From a virus (taxonomy: Duplodnaviria > Caudoviricetes): 56,771 bases of DNA. Of the stretch, positions 21,389 through 29,506 are shown one piece after another. The stretch is taken from positions 1-56,771 of IMG/VR virus record IMGVR_UViG_3300012952_000002. One strand, 5' to 3'. The notes under the pieces were generated by a model that saw only the letters and a list, made by a program, of their open reading frames with translations, did no database searches and had not been told where the DNA came from. A program made the translations under genes and the position numbers. Numbering within the stretch: position 1 is the stretch's first letter; the number at the start of each line of letters is the position of its first letter.

Positions 21389-22000
21389 CTATAACATCAA
21401 AGCCATAATAGCCATTGAGCCTAACCCACCTATCGCACTGTACGTTGCTTGTTTAGAAGCCGCTTGTGCTGAACGATAAGCATTGTTTCGGCTAGTAGCA
21501 TCCGCTGCTGCACTACCTAACTGAGCTAAACTATTTCTATTTATACCCTGCCCAATCGCCATTAAATCATTAAGCAGTTTTTGATTCTGATCACGCTGAG
21601 CAATTCTTGCATCAGCAATTGACTGAACACCACCAAGAACCGAGCCTCGATTAACACTTCGTTCTCGTTCTGCTACTTCTGCAGGAGTCAAAGCAATACC
21701 GTACCTTGACCTGTTTCGCTCAGCAACTGCTCTAGTTCTTTCTGCTGCTCCAGCAGCATCTTCTCTGGCGTAATCAATTAAACTGGTATCAGTCGTTGCA
21801 CGTTCTACCAATTCTTTTTCAAAATCTCGAAAGTTTTCAAGATAATCCATGTACTCTTGTTTCGTAATATCAGCAAAAGTTTTCTCAGGATCATTCACTG
21901 GAGGAAGCGGATTGGAACCAGCAGCACCAGCAGCATTTGTATTAGGCTCAAATTGTTGAGTCTCTGGGTTGTACCTGCCGTAAATATTAGGCATCCTCAT
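21389..22000 (-). CDS. Putative internal virion (pilot/ejection) protein
   Basis: 203 aa, Ala/Gln-rich, hydrophobic Gly-rich C-terminus. Confidence 0.55.
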   Translation of the reverse strand: MRMPNIYGRYNPETQQFEPNTNAAGAAGSNPLPPVNDPEKTFADITKQEYMDYLENFRDFEKELVERATTDTSLIDYAREDAAGAAERTRAVAERNRSRYGIALTPAEVAERERSVNRGSVLGGVQSIADARIAQRDQNQKLLNDLMAIGQGINRNSLAQLGSAAADATSRNNAYRSAQAASKQATYSAIGGLGSMAIMALML

Positions 22001-22003
22001 TAT

Positions 22004-22699
22004 TTACCTCCCCCCAAAAAATCCACCGAAAAGCCCATCGCCTAACCTATCACCAATACTTCGCCTACGATCTGCCCCAGGAGTAAGTGTAATTTCGTTA
22101 AGTGGAGTATTTACTCCATCTCCACCTGTATTCTCCATAAAAACACCCCCTCCAACATCAGTACCACCAAAAAAACTATTGCCTCTTTGTTTATTCCTAA
22201 TACCTTGAATAAGAGCAGCCCCACCTAACTGCACACCTGCTGCAAACTTAGCCGTAGCAACGTCTTGGCTGGTTTTTGCTTTATTCAAAAGCTCTGAGGT
22301 TGCTAACCTAGACGCTTTAGCTAGACCAGATTGAGCTTCACCTAATTGTTTATTAGCCGTAGCAATTACATTAATGCCTTGTGCATTCTTTGCTGCTTTA
22401 GCAGCTTCATCACCTTTTTGAAGCTGGCTAGTACGAGCCGCTGCTACATTACTTAAATTCTCTATATCCCGTGCGCCCCTATAGCTAGAGTTATAAGCAC
22501 TAACTTGTTGGTTAACAACAGCATTCATCCTGCCCCTAATATTTCTGCGAAAGTTTTCAGACTGAGCTAACTCTTTATTCTTTAATATGAGTGGCTGATA
22601 AGTATTTTTAAAAAAATCATGTTGAGCTTTTGCAACAGACGCACTTGTTTTTTCCGCTTCAGAAGCTTTGTAATCCTGCTTTTTAGGTTTAGGGGCCAT
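22004..22699 (-). CDS. Putative internal virion (ejection) protein
   Basis: Probable start MAPKPKK at 22699 overlaps the upstream TAA; Ala-rich helices and a Gly-rich tail. Confidence 0.55.
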   Translation of the reverse strand: MAPKPKKQDYKASEAEKTSASVAKAQHDFFKNTYQPLILKNKELAQSENFRRNIRGRMNAVVNQQVSAYNSSYRGARDIENLSNVAAARTSQLQKGDEAAKAAKNAQGINVIATANKQLGEAQSGLAKASRLATSELLNKAKTSQDVATAKFAAGVQLGGAALIQGIRNKQRGNSFFGGTDVGGGVFMENTGGDGVNTPLNEITLTPGADRRRSIGDRLGDGLFGGFFGGR

Positions 22700-23112
22700 T
22701 AAAGTCTCCTTGTATATACGGAGTGGTTTAACTCCCACCCCATGTCTAGCCATCGTTGTGCAAACGGTTTTGGTGTTCGCACCTCTATTTCTATGTATCC
22801 TGCTTCTTTAGCTTGCTCACAAAAGAAAGAAAAATGTTTTACTACGCAATCGTTTCCTTTTTCTTCTGCCCATGCTAACCAAACAAGTAGTGTCCTTTGT
22901 CCTGTAAACTCATCCGTTAAACCAGTGGTAACTACAAAGCCACCTGAAGCTATCCACAAATGCGCTTGTCCGTTAACGCAAGCTGCATATATATCTTCTG
23001 GTATAAAAGTCAGATTCGTCTGGTCGTTTAGTATCTCCTGTATCCCATCCTTAACCCAAGGCCAGTGATCCCGAATATCAGATAACTGCGGCTCATCGGA
23101 TCTCTCTTCCAT
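22699..23112 (-). CDS. GNAT-like protein
   Basis: 137 aa; size, LVWLAW...AKEAGY..IE pattern and position before the internal proteins, as in many podoviruses. Confidence 0.45.
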   Translation of the reverse strand: MEERSDEPQLSDIRDHWPWVKDGIQEILNDQTNLTFIPEDIYAACVNGQAHLWIASGGFVVTTGLTDEFTGQRTLLVWLAWAEEKGNDCVVKHFSFFCEQAKEAGYIEIEVRTPKPFAQRWLDMGWELNHSVYTRRL

Positions 23113-23779
23113 ACCTGTTTCTCCTCCTGTTTAATGGTAGGAATGGCCCACCATATCGCACTTTCCTAGCTACGCCAGTATCCGACTGCGTTGCTCTACG
23201 CTCTGCAGTAGTTAAACCAACGTTATATATCTGCCTATATACATCAGCGCCCTGTAAATCACTCCATTCTCGGTTTGGCATACGCAACAATCGAAACAAA
23301 GTACCATTAACAATAGCTTCTCTGTGATCCTCCATGATGTCATCACTGCAACTTGTAGACGTATGTAACGGCTTTAATTGAACTCGTAACCGTGTACTGT
23401 TTGCCGTTGTCTCATTAGGCACGGGTACAAGGTAAAACAATGTACGAGACTGCTTTACAAAATATTCAGGTGTACCGTAATAAGAAGCTTCTCGCCATTT
23501 AGGTTTGCGCTCCTCTAGTAACGTAGTAGAAATAGGTTCTAAAGCATCTCCGTTGTACAAAGCCCACATAATTTTATGGACAGCTGTATCAGCTGGTGGC
23601 TCAAGATCATACTCGTAGATACCGGATACCGTTGTAATAGGATCTAGCTCTGCTTGATATACTCCTGTCTGCTCACATAACTCAATTACAGTAGAGCGAA
23701 TATTTGTTTCGATCAGTGAGTCAGGGCAGCTTTGTACCATTGGAATTATTTCAGGTAACAAGGATTCATACGTAGCCAT
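23093..23779 (-). CDS. Head-tail adaptor/tail tubular protein
   Basis: EYDL...GTPEYF...L.PVP...AIV.G.L.RL..MP...WSD pattern. Confidence 0.65.
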   Translation of the reverse strand: MATYESLLPEIIPMVQSCPDSLIETNIRSTVIELCEQTGVYQAELDPITTVSGIYEYDLEPPADTAVHKIMWALYNGDALEPISTTLLEERKPKWREASYYGTPEYFVKQSRTLFYLVPVPNETTANSTRLRVQLKPLHTSTSCSDDIMEDHREAIVNGTLFRLLRMPNREWSDLQGADVYRQIYNVGLTTAERRATQSDTGVARKVRYGGPFLPLNRRRNRYGREIR

Positions 23780-24817
23780 CTAACCGATTCCTCCCATTTG
23801 AGCTTGTGGGGCAGGGGTAGAACTAGCATTGGGGCTAGTAGATAAATCAATCTGTGCTTTACCAGTAACGCTAGTAATAAATAGATTATAGTGTGCGCTG
23901 GCCCGTTGTTGACTACCAACAAACTCGCTGTCTTTCATGTACGCCATGTATAAAACGTAGTTCATTACAGCATTTGCAAAGACATCTGGTACGTCCAGAT
24001 TGCCGTTTGCAGCTACTGTTGTTGGGTTAGCCGAATAAATGATTTCTAAAAAAGAAGAAGCCCCACTAGCAACCCCAGGGTAAACATAATAATTACGAGG
24101 GTTTTGATCTTCATACATATAATGCTTAATTAAAGAGCCGTGCTTTGCATCCCCTTTTACAGTAGGGTCATGCCAAGACGGTTGTATTGAATCCAATGAA
24201 TCTCTTGAAACTAATCGAGTAGACCGTTTACCTGTGCCTACCCTTGTGCTTGTGTTGACCTGAAAGCCCATCCCAGCATGTGCCGTACAATAGGTGTATA
24301 ACGTAGGTGCGCCAACTGCAACGGTAATCTTTGTAAAGGCCGTACCAGATCCAGGTGTGCCTGACGTTGTTACGCCTGTTGTATACTCAGAACCACCGCC
24401 ATGTGAGCCGTTAGCCGTTGTAGAAAACCGTAGTGGATGCCCATTGTTACTAGAATCAGACTGATCAAAAGTATAAGTGCTGCCCTCTTCAAGCGTTAGT
24501 GTTTGAAAAGAACCGTCAATGTAATACTTATTACCGCCAGAGTTAACTACGGTCACAGCATACGTCTTTTCAATCATTGCCATGTTACGTACTACACGCA
24601 GCAAACGATTACCGTCATCCGGTATTGTCTGCTTAGTACCTTCGCTCAGCGCAACGGTTGCATTAGTAGCAGTTGCATCCGGCTTTAATAACGCTATTTC
24701 TCTCTGGGCATCATTAACCCAAAGCACCAGTTCATTAGTAGAAGACCAGCGAATGCCAGCAGTATCTTGTAACGTTTGTTGAACCCTATCTAAAACACTT
24801 TGAACTGAAACAGTCAT
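23780..24817 (-). CDS. Adaptor-like virion protein (DUF6682-like) with an inserted cupredoxin-like domain
   Basis: LQD...RW...EL..W.NDAQREI...KPDA N-terminus and YYVYP...Y.LYMAY.KD C-terminus; insert GHP...YCTAHAGMG. Confidence 0.65.
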   Translation of the reverse strand: MTVSVQSVLDRVQQTLQDTAGIRWSSTNELVLWVNDAQREIALLKPDATATNATVALSEGTKQTIPDDGNRLLRVVRNMAMIEKTYAVTVVNSGGNKYYIDGSFQTLTLEEGSTYTFDQSDSSNNGHPLRFSTTANGSHGGGSEYTTGVTTSGTPGSGTAFTKITVAVGAPTLYTYCTAHAGMGFQVNTSTRVGTGKRSTRLVSRDSLDSIQPSWHDPTVKGDAKHGSLIKHYMYEDQNPRNYYVYPGVASGASSFLEIIYSANPTTVAANGNLDVPDVFANAVMNYVLYMAYMKDSEFVGSQQRASAHYNLFITSVTGKAQIDLSTSPNASSTPAPQAQMGGIG

Positions 24818-24820
24818 TTA

Positions 24821-25243
24821 TCACCTATCTAAATAGGCTTGCCATGCAGCTTCCCTTTCATCTGTCGCTACGGTGCGACCAGCAACTCGATTAACAGCGG
24901 CAGCTTTTGGAGAGTTATCCGTCTTAAAGTCTTCAGGATTACTTTCATTAACAAGCGTTTCTATTGCAGCTACTACAGCGTCTAAGTCCTCAAAGGTTTT
25001 AGGCTCGTCATTAAGATTAATCTCAATGTCAGTGTCCATTGCAGCTACTTCTTCTACCCAAGTTTCAGCAGGTTCTTCAGTTGATTCCACAACTGGTTCA
25101 GGTGTGCCTGATAATTTAGCCCCCATTTGCAATGCAACGGAACCTATCTCATCAGAGACTTCACGCTCAACTCCTGCTTCAAATAAAACAACTGCCCCAC
25201 TAAGTAGTGCTACTCGTAGATCAGCTTCAGAAACTACTTTCAT
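24821..25243 (-). CDS. Hypothetical acidic protein
   Basis: 140 aa, AAGGAG RBS. Confidence 0.7.
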   Translation of the reverse strand: MKVVSEADLRVALLSGAVVLFEAGVEREVSDEIGSVALQMGAKLSGTPEPVVESTEEPAETWVEEVAAMDTDIEINLNDEPKTFEDLDAVVAAIETLVNESNPEDFKTDNSPKAAAVNRVAGRTVATDEREAAWQAYLDR

Positions 25244-25254
25244 AGTTGCTCCTT

Positions 25255-25285
25255 AAAATGAGTCCTCCCCCGAAAGAGAGGACTC
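25255..25285 (-). terminator. Intrinsic terminator after the capsid/decoration genes
   Basis: GAGUCCUCUCU-UUCG-GGGGAGGACUC followed by AUUUU (short U tract, probably leaky). Confidence 0.7.
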
Positions 25286-25293
25286 GATAGGTT

Positions 25294-25737
25294 TTACCCT
25301 ACAATGAGGTACATAGTTAGTGTACCAGTTGTAGCACCAGTAGCAGGTCCTGCTTGTACTGTCACATCAATTGTGTCATCAGCAGTAAATGTTACTGGGG
25401 CAGTTGCTGTACTACCATGAGTAGCGTTACCTATTGCAAGGCTAGAGGCTGTGCCGCCAGCTTGACCAATAGTTGAGCCGTCAATGATAGAAGCAGCTGC
25501 GCCACCATACCCTACGTCTAAGACGATAGAAGGTGAGCCACCAGTGTCAAGGTCAGTCGTAGTTAAGATAGCACCATATACTGTCTCACCTTTAAACACA
25601 TCAACCATCTGAATAATATCAGCGGCTGAGAGTGCAGCAGTGATTGAGTAGGATGCTACCCGAACTCCCAAATTACCTTGGGGAAAGTTCTGGAACGCAG
25701 AGTTGCCAGATACAGAGTCAGATGTAAATGTCGCCAT
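25294..25737 (-). CDS. Putative capsid decoration/cement protein
   Basis: 147 aa beta-rich, directly after the capsid gene; TDLDTG.SP.I.LDVG. Confidence 0.55.
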   Translation of the reverse strand: MATFTSDSVSGNSAFQNFPQGNLGVRVASYSITAALSAADIIQMVDVFKGETVYGAILTTTDLDTGGSPSIVLDVGYGGAAASIIDGSTIGQAGGTASSLAIGNATHGSTATAPVTFTADDTIDVTVQAGPATGATTGTLTMYLIVG

Positions 25738-25750
25738 TTGTCATTCCCCC

Positions 25751-26896
25751 TTATTGTGCAGTATCAAGAGCGATAACACCAAAGTCCTGAACGGAACCGC
25801 TGTGATCACTGTTGTACTTAGGTTTACGGAGGCCAAAGATTTTGCCTATCGAGATACCAGCTTGGTTCTCATAGTCAAAAGTATCTTCAACGATTTCAGG
25901 CAACCCAATGTCAGCCATAGCTAGAGACTGTGCGCCACAGAACAAGGCTCTTGCCCCTGTTACGTTAGCGTTTGCACCCCACTTGTAGCCAGCTGCACCA
26001 GCATTAGAGTTAGTACCTGTAGTTGCGCCAGATGTATTATAAACGTGACGGAACTCATGGACCATTACGCCATCAACCATCAAGCTAGAAGTGCCTGAGA
26101 ACAATTCGTTCTGAGGTCCTCTAACTGAAGCTTGTCTAACGTTAGCCAAGAAGTCTGAGTCAAGCTTGAGATCAGCCATCTGAGAAGGCGTTACAAATAA
26201 ATGGAACACCTCTTGGTTCCCTGCAGCACGCATACCACGGAGATAGTTATCCTTGGCATAGGCTTTAAGATCAACGATATGTCGATACTTCAGAACGTCA
26301 GTAGCAGCTACTGCAGTAGTGTCACCTGCTGCAAGATTGTCACCATTGACTCTTCTGTGCCTGTCGGCTGTAGGAGCAGAAACATCAGAGGAGAACTCAA
26401 GGTCTGCCAAATCATGTCCTGCTGTTGGAGATGCATTTCTCAATGCGCCATTTGTTTTGTTGGTGTAAGCAATACCAGAAAGCGTTAAAAACGCCAGCTG
26501 ATCTATTCGATCAGACATAGCATATGCTAGTGCATCACGAGATTGCTCACGGAAGTTAACAACACTCTTCTGGTCAGCCAACCTACCAGACATGCGGTTT
26601 GCAAATCGTAGTTGATCTAGCTCAATAGTGATGTCAAAGCTTCTGAGTGCTTCTTCATTACCTTCCAGAGTGTTATCACCAGTGATACCATCGCCTGTCA
26701 TATCCGCTAGTAGCGTTATAACAGCCTTAGTACCTTTGTCATTTTTTGTTAATTCGGTTACACGCTGTACCATAGCGTTCTGACCAGCCCCTGCGAACTG
26801 ATTAATGAACGACATGTTACGTGCAACTCGCCAAAAGTCGCGTGACCAAGCGGTTAATTGGTTGCTAGTCAGCGACGCAAAGTTAGTAAGAGCCAT
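25751..26896 (-). CDS. Major capsid protein (N4-gp56/DUF4043-like)
   Basis: 381 aa; G..GDNTLEGNEE.L...I.LDQLR.A, ALFCGAQ.L and DFGVI motifs. Confidence 0.9.
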   Translation of the reverse strand: MALTNFASLTSNQLTAWSRDFWRVARNMSFINQFAGAGQNAMVQRVTELTKNDKGTKAVITLLADMTGDGITGDNTLEGNEEALRSFDITIELDQLRFANRMSGRLADQKSVVNFREQSRDALAYAMSDRIDQLAFLTLSGIAYTNKTNGALRNASPTAGHDLADLEFSSDVSAPTADRHRRVNGDNLAAGDTTAVAATDVLKYRHIVDLKAYAKDNYLRGMRAAGNQEVFHLFVTPSQMADLKLDSDFLANVRQASVRGPQNELFSGTSSLMVDGVMVHEFRHVYNTSGATTGTNSNAGAAGYKWGANANVTGARALFCGAQSLAMADIGLPEIVEDTFDYENQAGISIGKIFGLRKPKYNSDHSGSVQDFGVIALDTAQ

Positions 26897-26923
26897 TTCG
26901 GTTCTCCATTATGCGTTACACTT

Positions 26924-27098
26924 TGGGCATAAGCCCACCCTAGCCGTTTTATGGGACGGCTAATCCGTTTCCTCGTATCGTGAGGTACGTCTTAGCGCAG
27001 ATTTGAACAAGGCGCGACCCTTGGAACCTTTAACGTCTGTCAGACGAGTGCGTTTTTACCGTGTACGACACGCTCTAATATCGTTTAGAGGGACGAAA
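26924..27098 (-). ncRNA. Structured 5' leader of the capsid mRNA (seven hairpins)
   Basis: Inverted repeats at 27073-90, 27060-72, 27034-46, 27008-23, 26971-85, 26941-62 and 26924-37. Confidence 0.55.
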
Positions 27099-27104
27099 GA
27101 CTGT

Positions 27105-27134
27105 ATATTAGTAACACTCAACCAATTTGGTCAA
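27105..27134 (-). promoter_or_regulatory. Sigma70-like promoter for the capsid operon
   Basis: TTGACC-N18-TAATAT just upstream of the structured leader. Confidence 0.55.
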
Positions 27135-27135
27135 G

Positions 27136-27390
27136 CTATTTTCTATATCTTCTCGTTTTTTTCGCTACTTTTTTAGGTTGAGCAGAGAATTGCTTACCTT
27201 TTTTGGTGTCTGCCTTCTTTTTTCGGCTAGTTGCAGCGTATTCTTTAGAAGAAAGCCGCTTTATCGCCTTCTCAGGCAGGTATCTTTCACCTGTAGCTTT
27301 AGCCCCTTGGGTACTAGGCTTGCCAGACTTGGTTCGCCACTTCTGTTTCGTCCATTTCTTTAGACTTTTCTGTGGTTTTTTAAGTGCCAT
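27136..27390 (-). CDS. Basic protein resembling the C-terminal half of DUF5872
   Basis: QKSLKKWTKQKWRTKSGKPS...GERYLP. Confidence 0.7.
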   Translation of the reverse strand: MALKKPQKSLKKWTKQKWRTKSGKPSTQGAKATGERYLPEKAIKRLSSKEYAATSRKKKADTKKGKQFSAQPKKVAKKTRRYRK

Positions 27391-27611
27391 CAGCTTTTAT
27401 ACCCACCACCTGCGGCTTTGTACTGTTTTGCAAGCATCTGGGCTTTGCGCCCCGACCATTGCCCAGCTTTACCGCCTTTTGTACCTGCTTTAATCTTATT
27501 AAACAGGTTCTTACGCATAGTTGGCTTAGTGTAGTTACCGGATTCATTGACCCGTGACTTAGCTTTTGGCTTGGCTTTCGCTTTTGACTTGCCAGTTCTA
27601 CGGTTTACCAT
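27390..27611 (-). CDS. Basic protein resembling the N-terminal half of DUF5872
   Basis: YTKP.MRK...IKAG.KGG..GQWS.RKAQMLA..YK..GGGYK. Confidence 0.7.
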   Translation of the reverse strand: MVNRRTGKSKAKAKPKAKSRVNESGNYTKPTMRKNLFNKIKAGTKGGKAGQWSGRKAQMLAKQYKAAGGGYKS

Positions 27612-27787
27612 TATTTACCCACCTTTTTCTGAGCTTTCTTATGAGCAGCAGAAAAACTTGTTCCTGCTTTCATTTCTTTACGCATCATAGCCATGTGCTT
27701 TGCGCTATGATGCACCGAATGCTTCTTCAAAGTAGCCTCTTGCCGTGCCGTTAGCTTCTTTGCAGTGGGTTTCTTCTTAGCTGGCAC
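27611..27787 (-). CDS. Small Lys/His-rich protein (58 aa)
   Basis: Hand-translated MPAKKKPTAKKLTARQEATLKKHSVHHSAKHM...KKVGK; GTG start overlaps the upstream stop. Confidence 0.7.
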   Translation of the reverse strand: MPAKKKPTAKKLTARQEATLKKHSVHHSAKHMAMMRKEMKAGTSFSAAHKKAQKKVGK

Positions 27788-28053
27788 TAGCTTCTCCTTT
27801 TAGGAACAGGCATTGGACCCAAAGGACGATTTTTACGGGGTTTAGCTTTAGGTTTGCTCCGTGCAGCAGCACGTTTCCCTGCTTCTGGATATTTAGCTGC
27901 TGCTTTTTTCCTAGCTTTAACAATACCAGCTGCCATACCAGAACCGCCAGCTGCAGCTTTTTGCCTTATTTTATCCATAGAAGACCCTGTTTTGGGTTTT
28001 TTCTTTTTTGTCATTCGTCCTGGGATAGCAATCCCAACAGGTTTCTTTTTCAT
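27787..28053 (-). CDS. Small Lys/Ala/Pro-rich basic protein
   Basis: 88 aa, histone-H1-like composition. Confidence 0.65.
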   Translation of the reverse strand: MKKKPVGIAIPGRMTKKKKPKTGSSMDKIRQKAAAGGSGMAAGIVKARKKAAAKYPEAGKRAAARSKPKAKPRKNRPLGPMPVPKRRS

Positions 28054-28054
28054 C

Positions 28055-28165
28055 TTAGTACCCCATTCGCTTTGTAGGTTTCTTTTTGGCTGGTTTTTTC
28101 TTCTTTTTCATGCCGTTCATGCCGTTCATTTTCTTCTTGCCACCGCCTTTTTTCATACCGTACAT
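28055..28165 (-). CDS. Small Lys/Met/Gly-rich protein (36 aa)
   Basis: Hand-translated MYGMKKGGGKKKMNGMNGMKKKKKPAKKKPTKRMGY; AGGAG upstream. Confidence 0.6.
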   Translation of the reverse strand: MYGMKKGGGKKKMNGMNGMKKKKKPAKKKPTKRMGY

Positions 28166-28194
28166 AGCTCTTTACTCCTAAGTTATTGATATTA

Positions 28195-28482
28195 CTACCA
28201 TTTTACTTTATGTGACCAATATCGCGCAGATAATTTAGAAGGATTAGAGTCCTGTGCGTTATGTCGCGCATAGTATGACTTCTTTCTGGCCTTATCTTTT
28301 GCTGATTTTGGATTTTTACCAGCCCCACTCACACCTTGTTGCCCAAAACGTATTGTCTTCACCTTGTCGCCCTGTTTAGCAACGACAACGTGAGACTTTG
28401 TTTTGTGGTTAGGTGTACGTTTTGGCTTGTTGTAACCAGATACACCTGCCCGTGCTAATCTGGGGTCTTTCTTTTTAGGCAT
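28195..28482 (-). CDS. Small basic protein
   Basis: YNKPKRTP.H..KSHVV.AK.G...K.IRFGQQG...SYYARH...YWS.KVKW. Confidence 0.75.
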   Translation of the reverse strand: MPKKKDPRLARAGVSGYNKPKRTPNHKTKSHVVVAKQGDKVKTIRFGQQGVSGAGKNPKSAKDKARKKSYYARHNAQDSNPSKLSARYWSHKVKW

Positions 28483-29495
28483 TACAAGACATCTCCTCTA
28501 AGCCTTTTCAAAGTTGCATCGGGTAAAGCGTCAAACTCTTCAGGTGTCATGTTATTCACATCTAACGCTTTCTCACCCTTGGCTGCAGAGCTTTCTCCTG
28601 GTAGTTCAGGAGGTTGAGCATCAGCTGCTTTGAGTTTTTTGCTAACTTGAGAACGCTGCTTTTGCTCTTTAGCCTGACCCAAAGCAGGTACATCTGCAAC
28701 AGTAGAAGAATCTAGCATATTATTTTTTTGTAATACATAGGTTGTTGCTTCTTCCAGTGCTTCTACAGGATTCTGCCCTGAAGAGATAAACCCTGTCATG
28801 TATTTATTTACTTCATCGGTCAGTTCTTTATTAAACTGATCAGAGTTAGCATCAAAAATGGGAAAAGCTTCTTCAATTGAAGACGCAACATCTTTCACTG
28901 CATTAGCAGTAGAGTTACGAGTTACTTTTGTTTCAATGTCTTTAGTTAACTCTGTTTCTATCTGGGTGCGTTGCGCTTGCCTAATCTCCTTACGGATTGT
29001 TTTAGCTTTGTCTTTGTCGCCATCAAGCACCGCATCCATGTACTCATCTTCTTTTGCATCAAAGTCATAAGCTTCAGGCGCTTCTTCAGCCGCTTTCTCT
29101 GCTTCTTCAGTCTGTGCAATTCGTTTCTTCAACGCCTTGTTCTGTGCAAGCACTTCATCAAGCCGTGACTTAGGAATCATCGGAGGCTTTGTTTCTTTTT
29201 TCTCAGGCTCTTCTTTAAGTTCTTTCGCTACAGTCTCTTCTGTTTCATGTGGAACATCTTCTTCTGTTTCAGCCTCTGTTTCTTCTTCTGCTTCAGCTTC
29301 TGTTTCTTCTTCTGCTTCAGCTTCAGCTTCTGTTTCTACTTCTGCTTCAGACTCTGTTTCTTTAGCTTCTGTTTCTTCGCCAAAAGCAAAATTCATATCA
29401 AGGTCATCCCCTTCCTGCCCTTCCAAGGCATCAGCCCCAGGCATAGTCTCATACTTGATTGTTTCTTCAGTTGTATCTTTAGCTTGTTCACTCAT
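28482..29495 (-). CDS. Capsid scaffolding protein (putative)
   Basis: Acidic coiled coil, MIPKSRLDEV, C-terminal M..EEF.ALP..L..LRGD; between portal and capsid genes. Confidence 0.75.
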   Translation of the reverse strand: MSEQAKDTTEETIKYETMPGADALEGQEGDDLDMNFAFGEETEAKETESEAEVETEAEAEAEEETEAEAEEETEAETEEDVPHETEETVAKELKEEPEKKETKPPMIPKSRLDEVLAQNKALKKRIAQTEEAEKAAEEAPEAYDFDAKEDEYMDAVLDGDKDKAKTIRKEIRQAQRTQIETELTKDIETKVTRNSTANAVKDVASSIEEAFPIFDANSDQFNKELTDEVNKYMTGFISSGQNPVEALEEATTYVLQKNNMLDSSTVADVPALGQAKEQKQRSQVSKKLKAADAQPPELPGESSAAKGEKALDVNNMTPEEFDALPDATLKRLRGDVL

Positions 29496-29506
29496 TGAAT
29501 AGTCCT

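Noticed and set aside
29137-29502. Plus-strand Ser-rich and Phe/Cys-rich ORFs
   Set aside because: Antisense reads of the low-complexity Glu-Ala-Glu-Thr stretch of the scaffold gene; most other nested opposite-strand ORFs in the track were rejected for the same reason
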